From Eledone cirrhosa (lineage: Eukaryota): 64,000 nt of DNA. Made by a program: the position numbers and the translations under genes. The DNA is taken from positions 23,001 through 87,000 of the forward strand of contig CAXHJY010000901.1 of the NCBI GenBank assembly GCA_964016885.1, given 5' to 3'. Positions 26,801-41,200 of this stretch are shown piece after piece (position 1 is the stretch's first letter; each line of letters opens with the position of its first letter). The notes beneath the pieces were generated by a model that did not search any database, had not been told where the DNA came from, and was given only the letters and a program-made list of their open reading frames with translations.

Positions 26801-27840
26801 AAGCTAAGCTAAGCTATCCTAAGCTATCCTAAGCTAAGCTATCCTAAGCTAAGCTATTCTAAGCTATCCTAAGCTAAGCTATCCTAAGCTATCCTAAGCT
26901 AAGCTATCCTAAGCTAAGCTATCCTAAGCTATCCTAAGCTAAGCTATCCTAAGCTAAGCTAAGCTAAGCTAACCTAAGCTAAGCTATCCTAAGCTAAGCT
27001 AAGCTAAGCTATCCTAAGCTAAGCTAAGCTAAGCTATCCTAAGCTATCCTAAGCTAAGCTATCCTAAGCTAAGCTATCCTAAGCTAAGCTATCCTAAGCT
27101 ATCCTAAGCTAAGCTATCCTAAGCTAAGCTAAGCTAAGCTATCCTAAGCTAAGCTATCCTAAGCTATCCTAAGCTAAGCTAAGCTAAGCTAAGCTAACCT
27201 AAGCTAAGCTATCCTAAGCTAAGCTATCCTAAGCTAAGCTATCCTAAGCTATCCTAAGCTAAGCTATCCTAAGCTATCCTAAGCTAACCTAAGCTAAGCT
27301 ATCCTAAGCTAAGCTAAGCTAAGCTATCCTAAGCTAAGCTAAGCTAAGCTATCCTAAGCTAAGCTAAGCTAAACTATCCTAAGCTAAGCTAAGCTAAGCT
27401 ATCCTAAGCTATCCTAAGCTAAGCTATCCTAAGCTAAGCTAAGCTAAGCTATCCTAAGCTAAGCTAAGCTAAGCTATCCTAAGCTAAGCTAAGCTAAGAT
27501 ATCCTAAGCTAAGCTATCCTAAGCTATCCTAAGCTAAGCTAAGCTAAGCTAACCTAAGCTAAGCTATCCTAAGCTAAGCTATCCTAAGCTAAGCTATCCT
27601 AAGCTAAGCTAAGCTAAGCTTTCCTAAGCTAAGCTAAGCTGAGCTATCCTAAGCTAAGCTAAGCTATCCTAAGCTAAGCTAAGCTAAGCTATCCTAAGCT
27701 AAGCTAAGCTAAGCTATCCTAAGCTAAGCTAAGCTAAGCTATCCTAAGCTAAGCTAAGCTATCCTAAGCTAAGCTAAGCTAAGCTATCCTAAGCTAAGCT
27801 AAGCTAAGCTATCCTAAGCTATCCTAAGCTAAGCTATCCT
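24200..27840. repeat. ~3.6-kb block duplicated at ~33190-36840 (offset ~9.0 kb)
   Basis: CATCC 24391/33378, TAGGC 25316/34323, TACC 26156/35163, TATTC 26855/35862 (+9007), TAAAC 27370/36372, TGAGC 27640/36642 (+9002). Confidence 0.88.
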
Positions 27841-30800
27841 AAGCTAAGCTAAGCTAAGCTAAGCTAACCTAAGCTAAGCTATCCTAAGCTAAGCTAAGCT
27901 AAGCTATCCTAAGCTAAGCTAAGCTAAGCTATCCTAAGCTATCCTAAGCTAAGCTATCCTAAGCTAAGCTATCCTAAGCTAAGCTATCCTAAGCTATCCT
28001 AAGCTAAGCTATCCTAAGCTAAGCTCTCCTAAGGTAAGCTATCCTAAGCTATCCTAAGCTAAGCTATCCTAAGCTATCCTAAGCTAAGCTAAGCTAAGCT
28101 CTCCTAAGCTAAGCTAAGCTAAGCTATCCTAAGCTAAGCTAAGCTAAGCTAAGCTATCCTAAGCTAAGCTAAGCTAAGCTACCTAAGCTAAGCTAAGCTA
28201 TCCTAAGCTAAGCTAAGCTAAGCTATCCTAAGCTAAGCTAAGCTAAGCTCTCCTAAGCTAAGCTAAGCTAAGCTATCCTAAGCTAAGCTAAGCTTTCCTA
28301 AGCTAAGCTAAGCTAAGCTATCCTAAGCTAAGCTAATCTATCCTAAGCTAAGCTAAGCTAAGCTATCCTAAGCTAAGCTAAGCTAAGCTATCCTAAGCTA
28401 AGCTAAGCTAAGCTATCCTAAGCTAAGCTAAGCTAAGCTATCCTAAGCTAAGCTAAGCTAAGCTATCCTAAGCTAAGCTAAGCTATCCTAAGCTAAGCTA
28501 AGCTAAGCTATCCTAAGCTAAGCTAAGCTATCCTAAGCTAAGCTAAGCTAAGCTATCCTAAGCTATCCTAAGCTATCCTAAGCTAAGCTAAGCTAAGCTA
28601 TCCTAAGCTAAGCTAAGCTAAGCTATCCTAAGCTAAGCTAAGCTAAGCTATCCTAAGCTAAGCTAAGCTATCCTAAGCTAAGCTAAGCTAAGCTATCCTA
28701 AGCTAAGCTAAGCTAAGCAATCCTAAGCTATCCTAAGCTAAGCTATCCTAAGCTAAGCTAAGCTAAGCTATCCTAAGCTAAGCTAAGCTAAGCTATCCTA
28801 AGCTAAGCTAAGCTAAGTTATCCTAAGCTAAGCTATCCTAAGCTATCCTAAGCTAAGCTAAGCTAAGCTAACCTAAGCTAAGCTATCCTAAGCTAAGCTA
28901 TCCTAAGCTAAGCTATCCTAAGCTAAGCTAAGCTAAGCTATCCTAAGCTAAGCTAAGCTAAGCTATCCTAAGCTAAGCTAAGCTATCCTAAGCTAAGCTA
29001 AGCTAAGCTATCCTAAGCTAAGCTAAGCTAAGCTATCCTAAGCTAAGCTAAGCTATCCTAAGCTAAGCTAAGCTAAGCTATCCTAAGCTAAGCTAAGCTA
29101 ATCTATCCTAAGCTATCCTAAGCTAAGCTATCCTAACCTAAGATATCCTAAGCTATCCTAAGCTAAGCTATCCTAAGCTAAGCTAAGCTAAGCTATCCTA
29201 AGCTAAGCTATCCTAAGCTAAGCTATCCTAAGCTATCCTAAGCTAAGCTATCCTAAGCTATCCTAAGCTAAGCTATCCTAAGCTATCCTAAGCTAAGCTA
29301 TCCTAAGCTATCCTAAGCTAAGCTAAGCTATCCTAAGCTAAGCTAAGCTAAGCTAAGCTATCCTAAGCTAAGCTAAGCTATCCTAAGCTAAGCTAAGCTA
29401 AGCTATCCTAAGCTATCCTAAGCTAAGCTATCCTAAGCTAAGCTATCCTAAGCTATCCTAAGCTAAGCTATCCTAAGCTATCCTAAGCTAAGCTATCCTA
29501 AGCTAAGCTATCCTAAGCTAAGCTATCCTAAGCTATCCTAAGCTAAGCTATCCTAAGCTATCCTAAGCTAAGCTAAGCTAAGCTATCCTAAGCTAAGCTA
29601 AGCTAAGCTATCCTAAGCTAAGCTAAGCTAAGCTTTCCTAAGCTATCCTAAGCTAAGCTATCCTAAGCTAAGCTATCCTAAGCTATCCTAAGCTAAGCTA
29701 TCCTAAGCTATCCTAAGCTAAGCTATCCTAAGCTATCCTAAGCTAAACTATCCTAACCTAAGCTATCCTAAGCTATCCTAAGCTAAGCTATCCTAAGCTA
29801 TCCTAAGCTAAGCTATCCTAAGCTATCCTAAGCTAAGCTATCCTAAGCTATCCTAAGCTAAGCTAAGCTAAGCTATCCTAAACTAAGCTAAGCTATCCTA
29901 AGCTAAGCTAAGCTAAGCTATCCTAAGCTATCCTAAGCTAAGCTATCCTAAGCTAAGCTAAGCTAAGCTATCCTAAGCCAAGCTAAGCTAAGCTATCCTA
30001 AGCCAAGCTAAGCTAAGCTATCCTAAGCTAAGCTAAGCTATCCTAAGCTAAGCTAAGCTAAGCTATCCTAAGCTAAGCTATGCTAAGCTATCCTAAGCTA
30101 AGCTAAGCTAAGCTATCCTAAGCTAAGCTAAGCTAAGCTATCCTAAGCTAAGCTAAGCTAAGCTATCCTAAGCTAAGCTAAGCTAAGCTATCCTAAGCTA
30201 AGCTAAGCTAAGCTATCCTAAGCTAAGCTATGCTAAGCTATCCTAAGCTAAGCTAAGCTAAGCTATCCTAAGCTAAGCTATCCTAAGCTAAGCTAAGCTA
30301 AGCTATCCTAAGCTAAGCTAAGCTAAGCTATCCTAAGCTAAGCTATCCTAAGCTAAGCTAAGCTAAGCTATCCTAAGCTAAGCCAAGCTAAGCTATCCTA
30401 AGCTAAGCTAAGCTAAGCTATCCTAAACTAAGCTAAGCTAAGCTATCCTAAGCTAAGCTAAGCTAAGCTATCCTAAGCTAAGCTAAGCTATCCTAAGCTA
30501 AGCTAAGCTAAGCTATCCTAAGCTAAGCTAAGCTAAGCTTTCCTAAGCTATCCTAAGCTAAGCTATCCTAAGCTAAGCTAAGCTAAGCTATCCTAAGCTA
30601 AGCTAAGCTATCCTAAGCTAAGCTAAGCTAAGCTATCCTAAGCTAAGCTATCCTAAGCTATCCTAAGCTAAGCTATCCTAAGCTATCCTAAGCTAAGCTA
30701 TCCTAAGCTAAGCTATCCTAAGCTAAGCTATCCTAAGCTAAGCTATTCTAAGCTAAGCTAAGCTAAGCTATCCTAAGCTAAGCTAAGCTAAGCTATCCTA

Positions 30801-33800
30801 AGCTAAGCTAAGCTAAGCTATCCTAAGCTAAGCTAAGCTAAGCAATCCTAAGCTAAGCTAAGCTAAGCTATCCTAAGCTAAGCTAAGCTAAGCTATCCTA
30901 AGCTAAGCTAAGCTATCCTAAGCTAAGCTAAGCTAAGCTATCCTAAGCTAAGCTAAGCTAAGCTATCCTAAGCTATCCTAAGCTAAGCTATCCTAAGCTA
31001 AGCTATCCTAAGCTATCCCAAGCTAAGCTATCCTAAGCTAAGCTAAGCTAAGCTATCCTAAGCTAAGCTATCCTAAGCTAAGCTATCCTAAGCTATCCTA
31101 AGCTAAGCTATCCTAATCTATCCTAAGCTAAGCTATCCTAAGCTATCCTAAGCTAAGCTATCCTAAGCTATCCTAAGCTAAGCTAAGCTAAGCTATCCTA
31201 AGCTATCCTAAGCTAAGCTATCCTAAGCTAAACTATCCTAAGCTATCCTAAGCTAAGCTATCCTAAGCTATCCTAAGCTAAGCTATCCTAAGCTATCCTA
31301 AGCTAAGCTAAGCTAAGCTATCCTAAGCTAAGCTAAGCTAAGCTATCCTAAGCTAAGCTAAGCTAAGCTATCCTAAGCTAAGTTAAGCTAAGCTATCCTA
31401 AGCTATCCTAAGCTAAGCTATCCTAAGCTAAGCTATCCTAAGCTATCCTAAGCTAAGCTATCCTAAGCTATCCTAAGCTAAGCTATCCTAAGCTAAGCTA
31501 TCCTAAGCTAAGCTATCCTAAGCTATCCTAAGCTAAGCTATCCTAAGCTATCCTAAGCTAAGCTATCCTAAGCTATCCTAAGCTAAGCTAAGCTAAGCTA
31601 TCCTAAGCTAAGCTAAGCTAAGCTATCCTAAGCTAAGCTAAGCTAAGCTATCCTAAGCTAAGCTAAGCTAAGCTATCCTAAGCTATCCTAAGCTAAGCTA
31701 TCCTAAGCTAAGCTATCCTAAGCTAAGCTATCCTAAGCTATCCTAAGCTAAGCTATCCTAAGCTAAGCTCTCCTAAGGTAAGCTATCCTAAGCTATCCTA
31801 AGCTAAGCTATCCTAAGCTATCCTAAGCTAAGCTAAGCTAAGCTATCCTAAGCTAAGCTAAGCTAAGCTATCCTAAGCTAAGCTAAGCTAAGCTATCCTA
31901 AGTTAAGCTAAGCTAAGCTATCCTAAGCTAAGTTAAGCTAAGCTATCCTAAGCTAAGCTAAGCTAAGCTATCCTAAGCTAAGCTAAGCTAAGCTCTCCTA
32001 AGCTAAGCTATCCTAAGCTATCCTAAGCTAAGCTAAGCTATCCTAAGCTAAGCTAAGCTAAGCTATCCTAAGCTAAGCTAAGCTATCCTAAGCTAAGCTA
32101 AGCGATCCTAAGCTAAGCTAAGCTAAGCTATCCTAAGCTAAGCTAAGCTAAGCTATCCTAAGCTAAGCTAAGCTAAGCTATCCTAAGCTAAGCTAAGCTA
32201 AGCTATCCTAAGCTAAGCTAAGCTAAGCTATCCTAAGCTAAGCTAAGCTAAGCTATCCTAAGCAAAGCTAAGCTAAGCTATCCTAAGCTAAGCTATCCTA
32301 AGCTAAGCTATCCTAAGCTATCCTAAGCTAAGCTATCCTAAGCTAAGCTAAGCTAAGCTAACCTAAGCTAAGCTATCCTAAGCTAAGCTAAGCTAAGCTA
32401 TCCTAAGCTAAGCTAAGCTAAGCTATCCTAAGCTATCCTAAGCTAAGCTATCCTAAGCTAAGCTATCCTAAGCTAAGCTATCCTAAGCTATCCTAAGCTA
32501 AGCTATCCTAAGCTAAGCTCTCCTAAGGTAAGCTATCCTAAGCTATCCTAAGCTAAGCTATCCTAAGCTATCCTAAGCTAAGCTAAGCTAAGCTATCCTA
32601 AGCTAAGCTAAGCTAAGCTATCCTAAGCTAAGCTAAGCTAAGCTAAGCTATCCTAAGCTAAGCTAAGCTAAGCTACCTAAGCTAAGCTAAGCTATCCTAA
32701 GCTAAGCTAAGCTAAGCTATCCTAAGCTAAGCTAAGCTCTCCTAAGCTAAGCTAAGCTAAGCTATCCTAAGCTAAGCTAAGCTTTCCTAAGCTAAGCTAA
32801 GCTAAGCTATCCTAAGCTAAGCTAATCTATCCTAAGCTAAGCTAAGCTAAGCTATCCTAAGCTAAGCTAAGCTAAGCTATCCTAAGCTAAGCTAAGCTAA
32901 GCTATCCTAAGCAAAGCTAAGCTATCCTAAGCTAAGCTAAGCTAAGCTATCCTAAGCTAAGCTAAGCTATCCTAAGCTAAGCTAAGCTAAGCTATCCTAA
33001 GCTAAGCTAAGCTATCCTAAGCTAAGCTAAGCTAAGCTATCCTAAGCTAAGCTAAGCTAAGCTATCCTAAGCTAAGCTAAGCTAAGCTATCCTAAGCTAT
33101 CCTAAGCTATCCTAAGCTAACCTAAGCTAAGCTATCCTAAGCTAAGCTAAGCTAAGCTATCCTAAGCTAAGCTAAGCTAAGCTATCCTAAGCAAAGCTAA
33201 GCTATCCTAAGCTAAGCTAAGCTAAGCTATCCTAAGCTAAGCTAAGCTATCCTAAGCTAAGCTAAGCTAAGCTATCCTAAGCTAAGCTAAGCTATCCTAA
33301 GCTAAGCTAAGCTAAGCTATCCTAAGCTAAGCTAAGCTAAGCTATCCTAAGCTAAGCTAAGCTAAGCTATCCTAAGCCATCCTAAGCTATCCTAAGCTAA
33401 CCTAAGCTAAGCTATCCTAAGCTAAGCTAAGCTGAGCTATCCTAAGCTAAGCTAAGCTATCCTAAGCTAAGCTAAGCTAAGCTATCCTAAGCTAAGCTAA
33501 GCTAAGCTATCCTAAGCTAAGCTAAGCTAAGCTATCCTAAGCTAAGCTAAGCTATCCTAAGCTAAGCTAAGCTAAGCTATCCTAAGCTAAGCTAAGCTAT
33601 CCTAAGCTATCCTAAGCTAAGCTATCCTAAGCTAAGCTATCCTAAGCTATCCTAAGCTAAGCTATCCTAAGCTAAGCTAAGCTAAGCTATCCTAAGCTAA
33701 GCTATCCTAAGCTAAGCTATCCTAAGCTATCCTAAGCTAAGCTATCCTAAGCTATCCTAAGCTAAGCTATCCTAAGCTATCCTAAGCTAAGCTATCCTAA

Positions 33801-36199
33801 GCTATCCTAAGCTAAGCTAAGCTAAGCTATCCTAAGCTAAGCTAAGCTAAGCTAAGCTATCCTAAGCTAAGCTAAGCTAAGCTATCCTAAGCTAAGCTAA
33901 GCTAAGCTATCCTAAGCTATCCTAAGCTAAGCTATCCTAAGCTAAGCTATCCTAAGCTATCCTAAGCTAAGCTATCCTAAGCTATCCTAAGCTAAGCTCT
34001 CCTAAGCTAAGCTATCCAAAGCTAAGCTATCCTAAGCTATCCTAAGCTAAGCTATCCTAAGCTATCCTAAGCTAAGCTAAGCTAAGCTATCCTAAGCTAA
34101 GCTAAGCTAAGCTATCCTAAGCTAAGCTAAGCTAAGCTTTCCTAAGCTATCCTAAGCTAAGCTATTCTAAGCTAAGCTATCCTAAGCTATCCTAAGCTAA
34201 GCTATCCTAAGCTATCCTAAGCTAAGCTATCCTAAGCTAATCTATCCTAAGCTAAGCTATCCTAAGCTAACCTAAGCTAAGCTATCCTAAGCTATCCTAA
34301 GCTAAGCTATCCTAAGCTATCCTAGGCTAAGCTAAGCTAAGCTATCCTAAGCTAAGCTAAGCTAAGCTATCCTAAGCTAAGCTAAGCTAAGCTATCCTAA
34401 GCTAAGCTAAGCTAAGCTATCCTAAGCTATCCTAAGCTAAGCTATCCTAAGCTAAGCTATCCTAAGCTAAGCTATCCTAAGCTATCCTAAGCTAAGCTAT
34501 CCTAAGCTATCCTAAGCTAAGCTATCCTAAGCTAAGCTATCCTAAGCTAAGCTATCCTAAGCTATCCTAAGCTAAGCTATCCTAAGCTATCCTAAGCTAA
34601 GCTATCCTAAGCTATCCTAAGCTAAGCTAAGCTAAGCTATCCTAAGCTAAGCTAAGCTAAGCTATCCTAAGCTAAGCTAAGCTAAGCTATCCTAAGCTAA
34701 GCTAAGCTAAGCTATCCTAAGCGATCCTAAGCTAAGCTATCCTAAGCTAAGCTATCCTAAGCTATCCTAAGCTAAGCAATCCTAAGCTATCCTAAGCTAA
34801 GCTATCCTAAGCTAAGCTATCCTAAGCTATCCTAAGCTAAGCTATCCTAAGCTATCCTAAGCTAAGCTATCCTAAGCTATCCTAAGCTAAGCTAAGCTAA
34901 GCTAACCTAAGCTAAGCTATCCTAAGCTAAGCTAAGCTAAGCTATCCTAAGCTAAGCTAAGCTAAGCTATCCTAAGCTATCCTAAGCTAAGCTATCCTAA
35001 GCTAAGCTATCCTAAGCTAAGCTATCCTAAGCTATCCTAAGCTAAGCTATCCTAAGCTAAGCTCTCCTAAGGTAAGCTATCCTAAGCTATCCTAAGCTAA
35101 GCTATCCTAAGCTATCCTAAGCTAAGCTAAGCTAAGCTATCCTAAGCTAAGCTAAGCTAAGCTACCTAAGCTAAGCTAAGCTAAGCTATCCTAAGCTAAG
35201 CTAAGCTAAGCTATCCTAAGCTAAGCTAAGCTCTCCTAAGCTAAGCTAAGCTAAGCTATCCTAAGCTAAGCTAAGCTTTCCTAAGCTAAGCTAAGCTAAG
35301 CTATCCTAAGCTAAGCTAATCTATCCTAAGCTAAGCTAAGCTAAGCTATCCTAAGCTAAGCTAAGCTAAGCTATCCTAAGCTAAGCTAAGCTAAGCTATC
35401 CTAAGCTAAGCTAAGCTAAGCTATCCTAAGCTAAGCTAAGCTAAGCTATCCTAAGCTAAGCTAAGCTAAGCTATCCTAAGCTAAGCTAAGCTAAGCTATC
35501 CTAAGCTAAGCTATCCTAAGCTAAGCTAAGCTATCCTAAGCTAAGCTAAGCTAAGCTATCCTAAGCTAAGCTAAGCTAAGCTATCCTAAGCTAAGCTAAG
35601 CTATCCTAAGCTAAGCTAAGCTAAGCTATCCTAAGCTAAGCTAAGCTAAGCTATCCTAAGCTAAGCTAAGCTAAGCTATCCTAAGCTATCCTAAGCTATC
35701 CTAAGCTAAGCTATCCTAAGCTATCCTAAGCTAAGCTAAGCTAAGCTATCCTAAGCTAAGCTAAGCTAAGCTATCCTAAGCTAAGCTAAGCTAAGCTATC
35801 CTAAGCTAAGCTAAGCTAAGCTATCCTAAGCTATCCTAAGCTAAGCTATCCTAAGCTAAGCTATTCTAAGCTATCCTAAGCTAAGCTATCCTAAGCTATC
35901 CTAAGCTAAGCTATCCTAAGCTAAGCTATCCTAAGCTATCCTAAGCTAAGCTATCCTAAGCTAAGCTAAGCTAAGCTAACCTAAGCTAAGCTATCCTAAG
36001 CTAAGCTAAGCTAAGCTATCCTAAGCTAAGCTAAGCTAAGCTATCCTAAGCTATCCTAAGCTAAGCTATCCTAAGCTAAGCTATCCTAAGCTAAGCTATC
36101 CTAAGCTATCCTAAGCTAAGCTATCCTAAGCTAAGCTAAGCTAAGCTATCCTAAGCTAAGCTATCCTAAGCTATCCTAAGCTAAGCTAAGCTAAGCTAA

Positions 36200-39100
36200 C
36201 CTAAGCTAAGCTATCCTAAGCTAAGCTATCCTAAGCTAAGCTATCCTAAGCTATCCTAAGCTAAGCTATCCTAAGCTATCCTAAGCTAACCTAAGCTAAG
36301 CTATCCTAAGCTAAGCTAAGCTAAGCTATCCTAAGCTAAGCTAAGCTAAGCTATCCTAAGCTAAGCTAAGCTAAACTATCCTAAGCTAAGCTAAGCTAAG
36401 CTATCATAAGCTATCCTAAGCTAAGCTATCCTAAGCTAAGCTAAGCTAAGCTATCCTAAGCTAAGCTAAGCTAAGCTATCCTAAGCTAAGCTAAGCTAAG
36501 CTATCCTAAGCTAAGCTATCCTAAGCTATCCTAAGCTAAGCTAAGCTAAGCTAACCTAAGCTAAGCTATCCTAAGCTAAGCTATCCTAAGCTAAGCTATC
36601 CTAAGCTAAGCTAAGCTAAGCTTTCCTAAGCTAAGCTAAGCTGAGCTATCCTAAGCTAAGCTAAGCTATCCTAAGCTAAGCTAAGCTAAGCTATCCTAAG
36701 CTAAGCTAAGCTAAGCTATCCTAAGCTAAGCTAAGCTAAGCTATCCTAAGCTAAGCTAAGCTATCCTAAGCTAAGCTAAGCTAAGCTATCCTAAGCTAAG
36801 CTAAGCTAAGCTATCCTAAGCTATCCTAAGCTAAGCTATCCTAAGCTAAGCTATCCTAAGCTATCCTAAGCTAAGCTATCCTAAGCTAAGCTAAGCTAAG
36901 CTATCCTAAGCTAAGCTATCCTAAGCTAAGCTATCCTAAGCTATCCTAAGCTAAGCTATCCTAAGCTATCCTAAGCTAAGCTATCCTAAGCTATCCTAAG
37001 CTAAGCTATCCTAAGCTATCCTAAGCTAAGCTAAGCTAAGCTATCCTAAGCTAAGCTAAGCTAAGCTAAGCTATCCTAAGCTAAGCTAAGCTAAGCTAAG
37101 CTATCCTAAGCTAAGCTAAGCTAAGCTATCCTAAGCTATCCTAAGCTAAGCTATCCTAAGCTAAGCTATCCTAAGCTATCCTAAGCTAAGCTATCCTAAG
37201 CTATCCTAAGCTAAGCTCTCCTAAGCTAAGCTATCCAAAGCTAAGCTATCCTAAGCTATCCTAAGCTAAGCTATCCTAAGCTATCCTAAGCTAAGCTAAG
37301 CTAAGCTATCCTAAGCTAAGCTAAGCTAAGCTATCCTAAGCTAAGCTAAGCTAAGCTTTCCTAAGCTATCCTAAGCTAAGCTATTCTAAGCTAAGCTATC
37401 CTAAGCTATCCTAAGCTAAGCTATCCTAAGCTATCCTAAGCTAAGCTATCCTAAGCTATCCTAAGCTAAGCTATCCTAACCTAAGCTATCCTAAGCTATC
37501 CTAAGCTAAGCTATCCTAAGCTATCCTAAGCTAAGCTATCCTAAGCTATCCTAAGCTAAGCTAAGCTAAGCTATCCTAAACTAAGCTAAGCTATCCTAAG
37601 CTAAGCTAAGCTAAGCTATCCTAAGCTAAGCTAAGCTAAGCTAAGCTAAGCTATCCTAAGCTAAGCTAAGCTAAGCTAAGCTATCCTAAGCTAAGCTAAG
37701 CTAAGCTAAGCTATCCTAAGCTAAGCTAAGCTAAGCTAAGCTAAGCTAAGCTATCCTAAGCTAAGCTAAGCTAAGCTATCCTAAGCCAAGCTAAGCTAAG
37801 CTATCCTAAGCCAAGCTAAGCTAAGCTATCCTAAGCTAAGCTAAGCTAAGCTATCCTAAGCTAAGCTAAGCTAAGCTATCCTAAGCTAAGCTAAGCTAAG
37901 CTATCCTAAGCTAAGCTAAGCTAAGCTATCCTAAGCTAAGCTAAGCTAAGCTATACTAAGCTAAGCTAAGCTAAGCTATCCTAAGCTAAGCTAAGCTAAG
38001 CTATCCTAAGCTAAGCTAAGCTAAGCTATCCTAAGCTAAGCTAAGCTATCCTAAGCTAAGCTATCCTAAGCTAAGCTAAGCTAAGCTATCCTAAGCTAAG
38101 CTAAGCTAAGCTATCCTAAGCTAAGCTAAGCTATCCTAAGCTAAGCTAAGCTAAGCTATCCTAAGCTAAGCTAAGCTATCCTAAGCTAAGCTAAGCTAAG
38201 CTATCCTAAGCTAAGCTAAGCTAAGCTATCCTAAGCTAAGCTAAGCTAAACTATCCTAAGCTAAGCTAAGCTATCCTAAGCTAAGCTAAGCTAAGCTAAG
38301 CTAAGCTAAGCTAAGCTAAGCTTTCCTAAGCTATCCTAAGCTAAGCTATCCTAAGCTAAGCTAAGCTAAGCTATCCTAAGCTAAGCTAAGCTATCCTAAG
38401 CTAATCTAAGCTAAGCTATCCTAAGCTAAGCTATCCTAAGCTATCCTAAGCTAAGCTATCCTAAGCTATCCTAAGCTAAGCTATCCTAAGCTAAGCTATT
38501 CTAAGCTAAGCTAAGCTAAGCTATCCTAAGCTAAGCTAAGCTAAGCTATCCTAAGCTAAGCTAAGCTAAGCTATCCTAAGCTAAGCTAAGCTAAGCTATC
38601 CTAAGCTAAGCTAAGCTAAGCTATCCTAAGCTAAGCTAAGCTAAGCTATCCTAAGCTAAGTTAAGCTATCCTAAGCTAAGCTAAGCTAAGCTAAGCTATC
38701 CTAAGCTATCCTAAGCTATCCTAAGCTAAGCTATCCTAAGCTAAGCTATCCTAAGCTAAGCTATCCTAAGCTATCCTAAGCTAAGCTATCCTAAGCTATC
38801 CTAAGCTAACCTAAGCTAAGCTATCCTAAGCTAAGCTAAGCTAAGCTATCCTAAGCTAAGCTAAGCTAAGCTATCCTAAGCTAAGCTAAGCTAAACTATC
38901 CTAAGCTAAGCTAAGCTAAGCTATCCTAAGCTATCCTAAGCTAAGCTATCCTAAGCTAAGCTAAGCTAAGCTATCCTAAGCTAAGCTAAGCTAAGCTATC
39001 CTAAGCTAAGCTAAGCTAAGCTATCCTAAGCTAAGCTATCCTAAGCTATCCTAAGCTAAGCTAAGCTAAGCTAACCTAAGCTAAGCTATCCTAAGCTAAG

Positions 39101-41200
39101 CTATCCTAAGCTAAGCTATCCTAAGCTAAGCTAAGCTAAGCTTTCCTAAGCTAAGCTAAGCTGAGCTATCCTAAGCTAAGCTAAGCTATCCTAAGCTAAG
39201 CTAAGCTAAGCTATCCTAAGCTAAGCTAAGCTAAGCTATCCTAAGCTAAGCTAAGCTATCCTAAGCTAAGCTAAGCTAAGCTATCCTAAGCTAAGCTAAG
39301 CTAAGCTATCCTAAGCTATCCTAAGCTAAGCTATCCTAAGCTAAGCTATCCTAAGCTATCCTAAGCTAAGCTATCCTAAGCTAAGCTAAGCTAAGCTATC
39401 CTAAGCTAAGCTATCCTAAGCTAAGCTATCCTAAGCTATCCTAAGCTAAGCTATCCTAAGCTATCCTAAGCTAAGCTATCCTAAGCTATCCTAAGCTAAG
39501 CTATCCTAAGCTATCCTAAGCTAAGCTAAGCTATCCTAAGCTAAGCTAAGCTAAGCTAAGCTATCCTAAGCTAAGCTAAGCTAAGCTAAGCTATCCTAAG
39601 CTAAGCTAAGCTAAGCTATCCTAAGCTATCCTAAGCTAAGCTATCCTAAGCTAAGCTATCCTAAGCTATCCTAAGCTAAGCTATCCTAAGCTATCCTAAG
39701 CTAAGCTCTCCTAAGCTAAGCTATCCAAAGCTAAGCTATCCTAAGCTATCCTAAGCTAAGCTATCCTAAGCTATCCTAAGCTAAGCTAAGCTAAGCTATC
39801 CTAAGCTAAGCTAAGCTAAGCTATCCTAAGCTAAGCTAAGCTAAGCTTTCCTAAGCTATCCTAAGCTAAGCTATTCTAAGCTAAGCTATCCTAAGCTATC
39901 CTAAGCTAAGCTATCCTAAGCTATCCTAAGCTAAGCTATCCTAAGCTATCCTAAGCTAAGCTATCCTAACCTAAGCTATCCTAAGCTATCCTAAGCTAAG
40001 CTATCCTAAGCTATCCTAAGCTAAGCTATCCTAAGCTATCCTAAGCTAAGCTAAGCTAAGCTATCCTAAACTAAGCTAAGCTATCCTAAGCTAAGCTAAG
40101 CTAAGCTATCCTAAGCTAAGCTAAGCTAAGCTAAGCTAAGCTATCCTAAGCTAAGCTAAGCTAAGCTATCCTAAGCTAAGCTAAGCTAAGCTAAGCTATC
40201 CTAAGCTAAGCTAAGCTAAGCTAAGCTAAGCTAAGCTATCCTAAGCTAAGCTAAGCTAAGCTATCCTAAGCCAAGCTAAGCTAAGCTATCCTAAGCCAAG
40301 CTAAGCTAAGCTATCCTAAGCTAAGCTAAGCTAAGCTATCCTAAGCTAAGCTAAGCTAAGCTATCCTAAGCTAAGCTAAGCTAAGCTATCCTAAGCTAAG
40401 CTAAGCTAAGCTATCCTAAGCTAAGCTAAGCTAAGCTATACTAAGCTAAGCTAAGCTAAGCTATCCTAAGCTAAGCTAAGCTAAGCTATCCTAAGCTAAG
40501 CTAAGCTAAGCTATCCTAAGCTAAGCTAAGCTATCCTAAGCTAAGCTATCCTAAGCTAAGCTAAGCTAAGCTATCCTAAGCTACGCTAAGCTAAGCTATC
40601 CTAAGCTAAGCTAAGCTATCCTAAGCTAAGCTAAGCTAAGCTATCCTAAGCTAAGCTAAGCTATCCTAAGCTAAGCTAAGCTAAGCTATCCTAAGCTAAG
40701 CTAAGCTAAGCTATCCTAAGCTAAGCTAAGCTAAACTATCCTAAGCTAAGCTAAGCTATCCTAAGCTAAGCTAAGCTAAGCTAAGCTAAGCTAAGCTAAG
40801 CTAAGCTTTCCTAAGCTATCCTAAGCTAAGCTATCCTAAGCTAAGCTAAGCTAAGCTATCCTAAGCTAAGCTAAGCTATCCTAAGCTAAGCTAAGCTAAG
40901 CTATCCTAAGCTAAGCTATCCTAAGCTATCCTAAGCTAAGCTATCCTAAGCTATCCTAAGCTAAGCTATCCTAAGCTAAGCTATTCTAAGCTAAGCTAAG
41001 CTAAGCTATCCTAAGCTAAGCTAAGCTATCCTAAGCTAAGCTAAGCTAAGCTATCCTAAGCTAAGCTAAGCTAAGCTATCCTAAGCTAAGCTAAGCTAAG
41101 CTATCCTAAGCTAAGCTAAGCTAAGCTATCCTAAGCTAAGTTAAGCTATCCTAAGCTAAGCTAAGCTAAGCTAAGCTATCCTAAGCTATCCTAAGCTATC
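36200..41200. repeat. Tandem duplication, ~2.48-2.52-kb period (2 copies)
   Basis: TAAAC 36372/38892 and TGAGC 36642/39162 (+2520); TATAC 37952/40437 and (TAAGC)9-TTTCC 38322/40807 (+2485); TAAGT 38657/41137 (+2480). Confidence 0.9.
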
